Assembly: GCA_037146775.1 (NCBI GenBank)
Contig: JBAWWL010000009.1
Coordinates: forward strand, 68,575-132,574
DNA from: Candidatus Omnitrophota bacterium
GTDB lineage: Bacteria; Omnitrophota; Gorgyraeia; Duberdicusellales; 4484-171
Reading direction: 5' to 3'
Length of the DNA: 64,000 bases
The notes under the pieces were generated by a model that saw nothing but the letters and a program-made list of their open reading frames with translations, had not been told where the DNA came from and made no database searches. Numbering within the stretch: position 1 is the first letter of the stretch; each line of letters opens with the position of its first letter. A program made the translations under genes and the position numbers. Shown piece after piece: positions 19,524-29,137 of the stretch.

Positions 19524-20519
19524 CTATTTTCTTCTATTGGCTAAACGGACTATTTTTTCTATAGCCTTTTCGTAGGTATAACCTTTATGATAAGCCTGTT
19601 TCATGAACCCGCTATCCCTGTTGATGTCGGGATTGGGATTTATATCCAGTACATACAGCGCGCCCTGGCGTTCGCGCACATCTACCCTGAAATAACTCCG
19701 GCAACGCAAAGCAGCCGCTCCTCTTTGAGCTATCGCTATTATATTTTTTGTTACCTGGTTCTCTACCTCTACCACAGAAGGCGTTAACAGCTTGAATTCA
19801 TCGCAGTCAACCTCCCATTTAGAATCGTACGTTAAATAGGGCGGAAAATTTTGATATTGCGAATAGTCCATTACCGATACCCCCAACGGCCAGCAAAAGA
19901 GCCCGCCCAAAAAGGCAACGCTATATTCTTTGCCTCCTATAAATTCTTCCACCACCAGCCCTTGAGGGAACTCTTTTATCTTTTTCTCTACAACCCGACA
20001 AAGTTCTTCCTTGGTATACACCAAAGAATCTTTGTCGATACCCAGGCTCGCGTCTTCGTGGCAAGGCTTTACAAAAAAAGGTGCGCGCATATCCATGGCG
20101 TTCAGATCTTGCGGATTTTTTACAAAAAGCCCTCGAGGAACAGGTATGTTTTTCTTTTTTAAAATTTCCTTCGCTTTCCATTTACTAAGGCACAGGCTCA
20201 AGGTAAACGAAGAATTACCGGTAAAAGGGACTTTAATCTTTTCCAACAACCTGACAAATGCAGCTTCCTTCTCGGAATCGTCGCTAAAACCTTCAAAAAG
20301 ATTAAAAACACAATAAGGATTTATTGCTAAGATTTTCGCCGCGATATCTTCCTTTTCGGTAAAATCTTTTTTCTCTAAATAGAGCGTTTCGGTAGGCATG
20401 CCTTTCTTAAAAAAAACTTCCTCAACAGATGCTTTACAGCGTAAAATATCGCACACATCTTTTCTGGGTACTTCTTCCTTGTCTACCGCGATAAGTATTT
20501 TTTTATCTTTTCTCTTCAT
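19524..20519 (-). CDS. ATP-grasp ligase (D-Ala-D-Ala ligase-like)
   Basis: 331 aa. An N-terminal pre-ATP-grasp region is followed by an ATP-grasp fold (VVEEFIGGKEYSVAFLGG...YVLDINPNP). Confidence 0.65.
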   Translation of the reverse strand: MKRKDKKILIAVDKEEVPRKDVCDILRCKASVEEVFFKKGMPTETLYLEKKDFTEKEDIAAKILAINPYCVFNLFEGFSDDSEKEAAFVRLLEKIKVPFTGNSSFTLSLCLSKWKAKEILKKKNIPVPRGLFVKNPQDLNAMDMRAPFFVKPCHEDASLGIDKDSLVYTKEELCRVVEKKIKEFPQGLVVEEFIGGKEYSVAFLGGLFCWPLGVSVMDYSQYQNFPPYLTYDSKWEVDCDEFKLLTPSVVEVENQVTKNIIAIAQRGAAALRCRSYFRVDVRERQGALYVLDINPNPDINRDSGFMKQAYHKGYTYEKAIEKIVRLANRRK

Positions 20520-20525
20520 GGTTCA

Positions 20526-21896
20526 TCAAAGCTTAAGAATAACCCATGGCGCTACATGCACAGCAAAGATCCTACCCTTCAAAATAATTCTACTAAAAAT
20601 ATACTGGGGTTGCTTGAGTTCGGAAAGAGGAAACCTTATCACCAGCGTATGCCCACTGGCGCTTAACCGCGCCCCCTTTACATCGATACGCTTTCTCTTA
20701 TCATAGACAAACATAACGCTTCCCTTGGCTTTGAAAAAAATTTTCGGCATTGACGCAAAGTCTTTATCGTAACGATAGCCCATCAGATATATATCCGCCT
20801 TGATCTCCTGGGCCACTTCTTTATTCAACTCAATATTGATATACAAAAACTCGTCATCCTTATTATAATTAATTTCTGACACCAGCCGAGAATCAATTTT
20901 CAGAGAGCGCTTATACGATCCCTTCTGCAAATCGACGAAAGGGTAAAAACAGAGCAATTCGTTGCTTCTTACGAAACTTAAGAAATATGTCTGAGCAAAG
21001 CTCATCTGACTTTTATACAAGCTAATTGCCCGGCGTTTTTTTTCTACTTCTCCAGGCTTTAAAGGGACCTCTTCCCAGGCAATATCGCCTGTCATTAAAT
21101 CCACAGGCGGCTCTAAACCAGTTTGCGGCATGTATTTTCGAGGGTTCGGCCAACCCACTCTGTGGACAAGATAGGGATATACCGCAGGCTTGGGAATGGT
21201 TTTTTCTAAATCCCAGAGCGCAACACGCAGGTATACATAAAAACTGCGGTGGTCCGGATTCGTATCCTGGGGAGAAGATACAAATATTTTGGTCGGTTTA
21301 AAATCGGCTAAGACACTTTTGAGATCTTTCAAAATGCTCTCGCCCGTATACGGCGCACCGGGAGACAGTGCATCCTTGTAGGGCACACGGCTTATGCGCG
21401 TCAGCAAGCTGTTTAACGGATATTTAGGGTTCCAAAAACCCGTTAATATGGTTTCGGTAAACCTATCAGGATAACCCAAGTATGCAAGATCCGTCGGCGC
21501 TAAGCCGAAAAAAGCCATGGCATTCTTTGCTTCGCTGGCGCGGGTTTTACCTATCTCAATAAAACCGGCCTTAGAAAAAACCGGTATTTTTTTATAAAAC
21601 AAATAACTAAATTCGTTATAATCGCCATTGGTAAGATACGCGACTTTCAGCTTCGCTCCACAAGCGCGCGCATGCTGGATGATACCGGCGGCGGCAATGG
21701 CTTCGTCGTCAGGATGAGGCGCCAAAATCAAAACTCTGTCTTCGGGAGAAAATTCGAGGCGGGCAAAACAATTAGCAGCTACGCCAAAAAAAATAGCACA
21801 CGCAAATAAAATTCTCATCATCGTTTTTGCAACTGTCATGATTTTCATTATATACCAATGAGAGCAAGTAGCAAAGCGTAAAAAAACAAAAAACAT
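20526..21896 (-). CDS. PIG-L/LmbE-family N-acetylglucosaminyl deacetylase-like amidase with a C-terminal extra domain and an N-terminal signal/TM
   Basis: LILAPHPDDEAIAAAGII is the canonical LmbE/PIG-L zinc-site motif. The total 456 aa exceed a stand-alone LmbE domain. Confidence 0.7.
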   Translation of the reverse strand: MFFVFLRFATCSHWYIMKIMTVAKTMMRILFACAIFFGVAANCFARLEFSPEDRVLILAPHPDDEAIAAAGIIQHARACGAKLKVAYLTNGDYNEFSYLFYKKIPVFSKAGFIEIGKTRASEAKNAMAFFGLAPTDLAYLGYPDRFTETILTGFWNPKYPLNSLLTRISRVPYKDALSPGAPYTGESILKDLKSVLADFKPTKIFVSSPQDTNPDHRSFYVYLRVALWDLEKTIPKPAVYPYLVHRVGWPNPRKYMPQTGLEPPVDLMTGDIAWEEVPLKPGEVEKKRRAISLYKSQMSFAQTYFLSFVRSNELLCFYPFVDLQKGSYKRSLKIDSRLVSEINYNKDDEFLYINIELNKEVAQEIKADIYLMGYRYDKDFASMPKIFFKAKGSVMFVYDKRKRIDVKGARLSASGHTLVIRFPLSELKQPQYIFSRIILKGRIFAVHVAPWVILKL

Positions 21897-22059
21897 CGTT
21901 TTTTATTCGACGCCGAGAAAAGAGGTGCCCGTATCTGGAGAACAATTTTGTTGTCGGTATCCCGCCCACAAACCAAGACAACAGTGATTTCACGCAAAAA
22001 TACGCAACACACACACCAAACTCAACACTATATTGTTGTATCGAAGAAATAAAAGAAAG

Positions 22060-23079
22060 TTATCGAAGGACAAACCCGTAGCGCCGGAAAGCTTCCTGCA
22101 AAATAACTCGTATCAAAGAAGAATAGCTTCTCCCCTGCAATTTGCACATAATAGGCAGATCACTATACAAAGGCGAAAGGCCGGGCAAAGGATTAATATC
22201 AATGATGTGCGCAACGCCTTTACTGTTAAGCCGGAAATCAATACGTGCTATATCCCGCAGTTCTAAAACCGTAAAAGCGCGCATTGCAGTTTCGGCGACG
22301 GCACGCTTAAGGCCGGAGACGATAGAACTTTGCGGCTCATAAATAATTCTGGTTTTCCATTCCCTTTTATTTTCCTGCGAATAAAGAAAACATTTTGTCT
22401 CCTGCCGCGGCATAATACGCATCATTCCCAAAAGCCGCGGTTTACGATTGCCGCAGACCGCGACCGTGATCTCCGAGCCCTCCAAGAATTCCTCCACCAA
22501 TACCGGCTGTTTATACGCAGAAAAAATATGCTGTGCCTGTTTTCTGAATGCTTCAAACGAAGAAACAACAGAATGCAAAAAAATACCCTTAGAAGAGCCC
22601 TCCCAGCGCGGTTTCACGATATATAATTTTTTCTTGGCAAATAAAGATTTGAGGGAAACTGCCGCAGCAATGTTATTAATCGTATAAGCTAAGGGGACAG
22701 CTACGCCGGCGGCTTTCAGTATAAAACTGGTCAGATACTTGTCGAGGGCAACACCTAAAGAAATGGGGTCTGATCCTGAATAAGGTATACCAAGGCTCTC
22801 GAGAATTGAAGGTACTTGCGATTCTCTTGAACGTCCCGTGCCGATACCCTCGGCGATATTAAGGACAAAATCGGGGCGGACTTTAAGCAGGTGCTGACTA
22901 AGATTGTGGCCCTGTTCAATAAGAAGAGGGCTGAACCCCAACTTCTTTATTTCGCCAGCCAAGGCTTCAATGGTTTCGAACTCGTCGTATTCTTCGCAAC
23001 TGTCGTCCGCGGCACCTTTCTTCTTTAAGTTAAAAACAATACCTATGGTGCGCGGAAACAAATATTTTGCTGCCTGCAA
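22060..23079 (-). CDS. ATP-grasp ligase, Ddl family-like
   Basis: SLGIPYSGSDPISLGVALDKYLTSFILKAAGVAVP matches the central Ddl region. A C-terminal HIIDINPLPGLSP motif follows. Confidence 0.7.
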   Translation of the reverse strand: MQAAKYLFPRTIGIVFNLKKKGAADDSCEEYDEFETIEALAGEIKKLGFSPLLIEQGHNLSQHLLKVRPDFVLNIAEGIGTGRSRESQVPSILESLGIPYSGSDPISLGVALDKYLTSFILKAAGVAVPLAYTINNIAAAVSLKSLFAKKKLYIVKPRWEGSSKGIFLHSVVSSFEAFRKQAQHIFSAYKQPVLVEEFLEGSEITVAVCGNRKPRLLGMMRIMPRQETKCFLYSQENKREWKTRIIYEPQSSIVSGLKRAVAETAMRAFTVLELRDIARIDFRLNSKGVAHIIDINPLPGLSPLYSDLPIMCKLQGRSYSSLIRVILQEAFRRYGFVLR

Positions 23080-23088
23080 AGTTTATCC

Positions 23089-24276
23089 TTACTCTTTTGG
23101 GTTATAATAAAAGAATGACTCGTTTTTATAATTTCTTAATGTCAATCCTTCCGCAGATACAGAGAGAACATAATTAGGATCAATGGGAATTTTACCCTTA
23201 CCATCAATGCCATCCACGACAAACCTAGGAATACACATGCCGCCGGTATGCCCGCGCATGCGTTCCATAAGATCCATCCCCTTCCATATCGAAGTACGGA
23301 AATGATGCGCGCCCACCACCGGGTCACATTGGTACAGATAATATGGCCTTACCTGTATGTGCTGCAAACCATGACATAATTCTTGCATAACATTAGCCTC
23401 GTCATTAATCCCTTTTAAAAGCACCGACTGATTACTTATCGGAATACCACAGCGCTGCAATTTACGGCAAGCGGCCGTGGACTGGGCGGTTATTTCCCGA
23501 GGATGATTAAACTGGGTATTGACCCAAAGATGTTCGTATTTTCCCAGCACCTTACACAAGTTATCGTCTATGCGTTGAGGCATAACCACAGGAGCTCTGG
23601 TGCCAATACGAACCGCCTGAATGGTTTCTATCTGCGCAATAGATGAAAGAATGTAGTCAATTTTTTCCGTCGGAAGTGTAAGCGGATCCCCACCGGAGAC
23701 GATCACCTCGCGAATCTGTTTATTTTCGCGCACATATGTCAAAGCCAAATCAATATCTTTAAGGGTTGGTTCGGGGATACGGCTGCGCCACAAGCGCTTT
23801 CTCGTACAGTGGCGGCAATACATGAAACAACGCCCTGTAACCAGCAACAAAGCCCTATCGGGGTAACGATGCACCAGGCAAGGCGCAGGAGACGTCTTTT
23901 CTTCTCCTAACGGATCGATCTTTTCATGAATTTCGCCGCGGATTTCTTCTACAGACGGGATACACTGCTGGCGTATAGGGTCATGCGAATCGGTAAGGTC
24001 TTTTGCTAAAGAAAGATAATAAAGCGGAATGCGCATATGGAACGTACGCATTACCTGTTTGAGGAACGGCTTTTCTTCTTCGTTAATAAAAATGAATTTA
24101 GAAAGGTCGTCTATATTCTTGAGGGAATTTCTGTAGGCGGTAAGCCAATTCTCCTCGGCTGCAAGCGCATTACATCCTCCGGGCTCCTCCTTGTTCTGAG
24201 AATCCTCTTCCAAAGAATGCATAAATCTCTTTTGGTCAGCCATTCGTTTACCCCTCCTAAAAAAAATCCCCCTCAT
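23089..24276 (-). CDS. KamA-family radical SAM protein (lysine 2,3-aminomutase-like)
   Basis: CFMYCRHCTRK (CxxxCxxC radical SAM cluster), VSGGDPL, and the KamA-type layout of the N-terminal half. Confidence 0.8.
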   Translation of the reverse strand: MRGIFFRRGKRMADQKRFMHSLEEDSQNKEEPGGCNALAAEENWLTAYRNSLKNIDDLSKFIFINEEEKPFLKQVMRTFHMRIPLYYLSLAKDLTDSHDPIRQQCIPSVEEIRGEIHEKIDPLGEEKTSPAPCLVHRYPDRALLLVTGRCFMYCRHCTRKRLWRSRIPEPTLKDIDLALTYVRENKQIREVIVSGGDPLTLPTEKIDYILSSIAQIETIQAVRIGTRAPVVMPQRIDDNLCKVLGKYEHLWVNTQFNHPREITAQSTAACRKLQRCGIPISNQSVLLKGINDEANVMQELCHGLQHIQVRPYYLYQCDPVVGAHHFRTSIWKGMDLMERMRGHTGGMCIPRFVVDGIDGKGKIPIDPNYVLSVSAEGLTLRNYKNESFFYYNPKE

Positions 24277-24322
24277 TATCTCGTGGTGAGAGGGATTTTT
24301 TCATTCTATACTACCAGCGGCT

Positions 24323-24856
24323 TCACTTACTTTTAGCCGGAGCTTCAATGGCAGAAGGAACTACGCCTTCCGTCACGCTAGGCATTGTCGATTCCTCTTC
24401 GAAAATATAATTATAGCTTTTTGCTTTTAAGCCTGTTTCCGTCTTATCGGTGATCACCTCAACGTTATCGCCGACCTCAAGATACGAATCCTCTAAAAAT
24501 TCTTTCGTAGTAATCACTTTGGTATTATCAATCGTAATATAGCTGCCATCTTCGGCAATCTCCTTAACAATACCCTTGATGACTTCTTCTTTGACCGGCT
24601 GAACCGTTGCCTGCGATACCTCGGCTTTTCCGGGCTGCTGTAACGGTGCCTCAACCGGCGGCGTGGCTGTAGATGTTGGTTGTTGTCCAGCTTGCACGGG
24701 CTGTTCTTTTGACGGTGCAGCTTGAACTGGTTGCTGGGAAACATCTTTTGTAACTGCAGTAGCCGCCTTCTCTACTGTGGCGTTTTGAGCAAACCCCGCC
24801 ACGCACAAAACACATACAAGAACAGAAAACATAAACAAAAATCTTCCTGCAATCAT
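24323..24856 (-). CDS. Secreted Pro/Gln/Thr-rich protein. The start is taken at MIAGRFLF, which heads a signal peptide.
   Basis: Signal peptide MIAGRFLFMFSVLVCVLCVAGFA. A low-complexity PQ-rich linker is followed by a small globular C-terminal domain. Confidence 0.45.
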   Translation of the reverse strand: MIAGRFLFMFSVLVCVLCVAGFAQNATVEKAATAVTKDVSQQPVQAAPSKEQPVQAGQQPTSTATPPVEAPLQQPGKAEVSQATVQPVKEEVIKGIVKEIAEDGSYITIDNTKVITTKEFLEDSYLEVGDNVEVITDKTETGLKAKSYNYIFEEESTMPSVTEGVVPSAIEAPAKSK

Positions 24857-24869
24857 TTTTTCCTCCTCC

Positions 24870-25076
24870 TTAGAATTCTTCTCCGCCCTCATCTGCATCC
24901 AAATCATCTTCCTGCTGCACAGACTCGACGACTTCTACCTGTGGCGGTTCAAGCCGAACAATCTTCACCTCTGCATCACAGCTTAAACAAAAAATAGTAT
25001 CACCTGCTTCCAGATATTCTTCCAACTCAATCTCTTCCGCACACTCCGGACATTTCACTATCTTTGTTTTTGCCAT
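24870..25076 (-). CDS. LysW-like zinc-ribbon protein with an acidic C-terminal tail (candidate amino-group carrier protein)
   Basis: 68 aa. CPECAEEIELEE...TIFCLSCDAEVKIV matches the LysW/ArgW zinc-ribbon pattern. The acidic tail EDDLDADEGGEEF follows. Confidence 0.5.
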   Translation of the reverse strand: MAKTKIVKCPECAEEIELEEYLEAGDTIFCLSCDAEVKIVRLEPPQVEVVESVQQEDDLDADEGGEEF

Positions 25077-25113
25077 CTTAAAACCTCTTGCGACTTTTTA
25101 CGTACTATACCTA

Positions 25114-25299
25114 CTAAATAGCCCCTTCCTTCTTTAACTCTTTTTCTGCCTCAAACCAGTTATCCGCGCCATTGCCGGTGGGCCTGCCTTTATGTATCCA
25201 AATATAATAAGCCCGTTCATTAATTTTTTGTAAAACATGTGCCGGATACTTTGCCTGAGGATTTTTTTCCTGCGGTTTTGTGATCTTTTTTAGCGCCAT
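25114..25299 (-). CDS. DUF2934-like small protein. The start is taken at MALKK.
   Basis: ...ERAYYIWIHKGRPTGNGADNWFEAEKEL matches the DUF2934 signature. Confidence 0.5.
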   Translation of the reverse strand: MALKKITKPQEKNPQAKYPAHVLQKINERAYYIWIHKGRPTGNGADNWFEAEKELKKEGAI

Positions 25300-25428
25300 A
25301 GCTACTCCTTTTTTAAAATATTGTTTCAGAGAATACACTCAATTAAAATATACTCAAAAAAATCTCTTTGTCAATACTTTTCAGATTATAAACAAACATT
25401 TTTGGGTGTTTAAACAGGCGGAAGGATA

Positions 25429-25719
25429 CTACGTGCTCTCTTCAATGTTCCAGGCAAAAGCCTTTACACCTTCTTTACCTAAAATAGCGCGCAACTCGCG
25501 TACGCACGATAATAGACGAATAGACGCATCGGGCGCACAGGCAACATAAAGAATATTATTCCGGCCTGGCCAAATATCTGTTCCTAAATGAATCCCCGAA
25601 GTTTCGCCGCTGCCAAATGCTCCCATAATTTTAGTATAATTCTTTAAGCTGCATTTTACCATAAGTTCCATAACCTCATTCTCTATCGCTTCATTATAAC
25701 TGATCATTACCATTTTCAT
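25429..25719 (-). CDS. Small P-II-like / DUF3240-type protein
   Basis: 96 aa with a ferredoxin-like alpha/beta pattern. It lies next to an RND pump, where such proteins often occur. Weak. Confidence 0.35.
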   Translation of the reverse strand: MKMVMISYNEAIENEVMELMVKCSLKNYTKIMGAFGSGETSGIHLGTDIWPGRNNILYVACAPDASIRLLSCVRELRAILGKEGVKAFAWNIEEST

Positions 25720-25745
25720 ATTAACCTCACTCCGTTTGGCAGAAA

Positions 25746-25913
25746 TCAGACGTCAGAGGTCAGAGATCAGAGATCAGAAAAAAAAGAAATAAGAATATTC
25801 TGCCTTCTGGCTTCTGGCTTCTGTCATCTGACCTCTATTTTTTGTCCTCTGCCTTCTGATCTCTGTCATCTGTCCTCTGTTCTCTGACCTCTGTCCTCTG
25901 TCTTCTGTTCTGA
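25746..25913. repeat. Heptanucleotide tandem array as an inverted pair (CAGAGGT-type units, A-rich spacer, then TCTGNCY units), flanked by inverted GGCAGAA/TTCTGCC
   Basis: Same family as the array at 16692-16853. The right half extends into the 3' end of the RND ORF. Confidence 0.85.
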
Positions 25914-28900
25914 TGAAACACCGCATACACCGTAGGAACAAATATCATAGTAATTAAGGTGGACACCGATAATCCGCCAACCATGGTAACACCTATAGGC
26001 TGCCACGTCTCTGAACCCTCACCGTTAGAAAGAGCCAAAGGCAGTAACCCCGCCAAGGTGGTAATGGTGGTCATCAAAACTGGCCGCAACCTATCCTTGC
26101 CACCAAGAGTAACTGCTTCATGCATCGACAAACCTCTGGCACGTAATATTTGGATATAGCTCACCAGAACAATAGCATTATTAACTACAATACCCATTAG
26201 CATAACCACACCTAAATAGCTGATTACATTTAAGGTTACGGGTTCAGGAAAAATGAATTTGAGAAAAGGCAATTGCGTAGCCAAGAAGCCTAAAATTACT
26301 CCCGTAAAAGTAAAAGGAATCGAAAACATGATAATGAAAGGATCAAGCAAAGATTCAAACTGCGCCGCCATCACCATATATACCAAACAGGTACCCAGAA
26401 TTAAAAGCAAGAAAAGGTCCCTGAATGCTTTTCTCTGTTCATCGGCCTCACCCCCAAAATTCACCATAATGTCAGCGGGTAAAGTTATTTTTGAAAATTC
26501 TTTTTTAAGGTCATCGACAATTTCTCCGGAAGAACGTTTATAGGTGTTGCATTCCACCCGTACTATCCTTTCACGATTCTGGCGTTCAATCTCTATGGGC
26601 CCGAGGCTTTCATATATTTTTGCAATATTCGATAGTTGAACCGGCCTTCTTAGACTGCCCCCCTTTAAAGTAATGACATCCTGTAACGGAGTAAATGTTT
26701 TTATGTCTTCCGGTAAAGGCGAAATAATCGGTAAATTCCCGATATCTTCCAGCTTCGAACGAGACGGTTCATCAAGCCGGACATAAATATCGTAGGTTTC
26801 CCCCTTCTCTCTATATTTGGTAGCGGAAGAGCCCTCGATAAATGTTTTTAGGTTACTCGCAATAGTGTACATATCCAGGCTTAGCATGGCTGCTTTTTCT
26901 CGATCAACTTCTATCTTAATTTCCGGCCGGTTTTCATCACGAGAAATAGCCGCATCGACGGTCCCGGGTATTTTTTCCATAATTGCTTTTATTTTTTGTG
27001 CTATCAAATCCGTATCCGCAAAAGAATGCCCAATTATTTCAACCTGTATGGCTTTACCGCTGGTTCCAGTAATTAACCTGCCTATAGGATTGCCGGTAGA
27101 AATGTCTGCCTTGATAACACCGGGAATGTTTCTTATTTTGTTACGTACTGCCTGGCCTACTTCTTTTACGGATCGCTTCCTTTTCTCTTTAGGTACAAGC
27201 TTTGCCCCCGAAGTGACAACATGTGTTCCTGAAGCGTTACCCATGCTTCTTCCTATGCCACTTACTTGTCCGCTTCTTACATAATAAAACCTTGCTTCAG
27301 ACACATCAGCTTTTAAAATTTCCTCTATCCGCTTCGCAACCTTGTCTGTTTCTTCCAACCGCGTTCCCACGGGAAGACTAACCGTAATGCGCAAATCTCC
27401 GGAATCTTCTTCCGGAATAAATTCACTGCCGACGAAACGGGCTAAAAATAAACTCGCGATAAAAGCGGCGAGAAAGCCAAGAAGCACTATTTTTTTATGC
27501 CGTAATGCCCAACCAAGAACGCGCGCATAATAATCTTCCCACGACTGAAACATTTTTTCCGAAATCTCATAAATCTTCTCTTTCCACACCCTCAATCTCT
27601 GCCACCTGCCCCCTGCCTTCTGTCCTCTGACCTCTGTCCTCTGATCCCTCCCCATCCACTTCGAACAAAGCATGGGGCTAAAAGTGGCGGCGGTAAAAAG
27701 AGAAGCGAGCAATGTTACGGTTACAATAATTGCCAGCTCCCCAAACATGATACCTACTACTCCGGGAATAAACAGCATCGGTAAAAATACAACGACGGTA
27801 GTAAATGTTGAAGCAGATATGGATAAAAACATCTCGGAAGTTCCAAAGATTGCCGCCTCGGTGGGCCGGTTACCTCTTTGTAAGCGCCGATAAACATTAT
27901 CCACCACTACAATCGCATTATCTACCACCATACCGGTAGCAATAGCGATAGAAGAAAGACTAATAGTATTTATAGTTTTACCGCTTAAAAAAAGATAAAT
28001 AAAGCTGATAAGTAACGAAAAAGGAATGGTCAAGACGATGATCATACTGGGAGCGAATTGGCGCAAGAAAAACCAAACTACAACGATTACCAAAACTATC
28101 GCTATCCAAAGAGAAGATTTTAAAGATTCTAGTGAATTTATAATATCCTGGGAGGTATCAAAAATAATATTCATTTTAACATCAGCAGGAAGGTTCGTTT
28201 CTAACTCTTTCAGTCTTTTCTTAACGCGATTAGCTACCTCTACGGCGTTGGTTCCGCTTTGTTTTTGCACCATCATAATTATTCCGCGCTCTTGTTTAAT
28301 ACGCACCAGGCTGGTTACTTCTTTAAAACTGTCTTCCACTCTCGCTATATCTTTCAGATAAATAGGTTTGCCATTACGCTTACCTAAAATAACTAAGTTT
28401 ATTTCTTCGGGAGTGGCAAACTCTCCGGGTAATCTTATCAAATAATCGGTAAGGCCGGTTTTAAGGCTGCCTACGGGTTGGGTAATATTTTCTCTTTTTA
28501 AAGCTTCCTGGATGTCCAAGATAGAAAACGCATAACCCTCCAGGCGCTGACGATCTACCCAAATATTGATTTGCCGCTCCAACCCCCCGCCCTGTAACTG
28601 CACGGTACCTACCCCGGGAAGTTGGCGGAGAGCATCACCGATGTTTTTATCCATAAGATCATACAGATCGGGATAGGTTTGTTTTGCGGTCACGCCTATG
28701 GCTAAAATTGGAATATCTGCGGTATTAAATTTATGAATAAAAGGATTGTCCATTTCATCAGGAATATCGGGCAAATTCCTTTTGGCAAGTTCAATGCGGT
28801 CGCGGATATCATTAGAGGCTTCATCTAAATTAGTTCCCCAGATAAATTTAAGGGTGACGATCGAGAAACCTTCCGAAGAACGGGAAGTAATTTTTTCTAA

Positions 28901-29128
28901 ACCGGGAGTAGTACCCAGGCGATTTTCCAGTTCTTGTGTTACTTTCACCTCCACGTCCTCAGGGCTTGCGCCGGGATAAGTTGAGATAACCGTTATCGAG
29001 GGCGGCTCAATTTCAGGCATCATATCTATACCAAGGCGGGTAAGGCTGTAAAAAGCAAGAATAAGAATGGAAGAAAAGATCATTAAGTTAGTGACGGGCT
29101 TTTTTACGCCAAATTCGGGTAGATGCAT
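25835..29128 (-). CDS. RND-family efflux permease (AcrB/CzcA-like). The last roughly 25 codons are encoded by the heptamer repeat array.
   Basis: 1097 aa with a 12-TM RND pattern and two large periplasmic loops. The N-terminus MHLPEFGVKKPVTNLMIFSSILILAFYSLTRLGIDMMPEIEPPSITVISTYPGASPE is canonical. The C-terminal tail QNRRQRTEVREQRTDDRDQKAEDKK is low-complexity and repeat-derived. Confidence 0.85.
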   Translation of the reverse strand: MHLPEFGVKKPVTNLMIFSSILILAFYSLTRLGIDMMPEIEPPSITVISTYPGASPEDVEVKVTQELENRLGTTPGLEKITSRSSEGFSIVTLKFIWGTNLDEASNDIRDRIELAKRNLPDIPDEMDNPFIHKFNTADIPILAIGVTAKQTYPDLYDLMDKNIGDALRQLPGVGTVQLQGGGLERQINIWVDRQRLEGYAFSILDIQEALKRENITQPVGSLKTGLTDYLIRLPGEFATPEEINLVILGKRNGKPIYLKDIARVEDSFKEVTSLVRIKQERGIIMMVQKQSGTNAVEVANRVKKRLKELETNLPADVKMNIIFDTSQDIINSLESLKSSLWIAIVLVIVVVWFFLRQFAPSMIIVLTIPFSLLISFIYLFLSGKTINTISLSSIAIATGMVVDNAIVVVDNVYRRLQRGNRPTEAAIFGTSEMFLSISASTFTTVVVFLPMLFIPGVVGIMFGELAIIVTVTLLASLFTAATFSPMLCSKWMGRDQRTEVRGQKAGGRWQRLRVWKEKIYEISEKMFQSWEDYYARVLGWALRHKKIVLLGFLAAFIASLFLARFVGSEFIPEEDSGDLRITVSLPVGTRLEETDKVAKRIEEILKADVSEARFYYVRSGQVSGIGRSMGNASGTHVVTSGAKLVPKEKRKRSVKEVGQAVRNKIRNIPGVIKADISTGNPIGRLITGTSGKAIQVEIIGHSFADTDLIAQKIKAIMEKIPGTVDAAISRDENRPEIKIEVDREKAAMLSLDMYTIASNLKTFIEGSSATKYREKGETYDIYVRLDEPSRSKLEDIGNLPIISPLPEDIKTFTPLQDVITLKGGSLRRPVQLSNIAKIYESLGPIEIERQNRERIVRVECNTYKRSSGEIVDDLKKEFSKITLPADIMVNFGGEADEQRKAFRDLFLLLILGTCLVYMVMAAQFESLLDPFIIMFSIPFTFTGVILGFLATQLPFLKFIFPEPVTLNVISYLGVVMLMGIVVNNAIVLVSYIQILRARGLSMHEAVTLGGKDRLRPVLMTTITTLAGLLPLALSNGEGSETWQPIGVTMVGGLSVSTLITMIFVPTVYAVFHQNRRQRTEVREQRTDDRDQKAEDKK
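27601..27650. repeat. Short heptamer-array fragment (CCTTCTGTCCTCTGACCTCTGTCCTCTGA) embedded in the RND coding sequence
   Basis: Same repeat family. It encodes an ...EVRGQKAGGRWQRLRV insertion in a periplasmic/cytoplasmic loop. Confidence 0.7.
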
Positions 29129-29137
29129 TGTTTCCTC

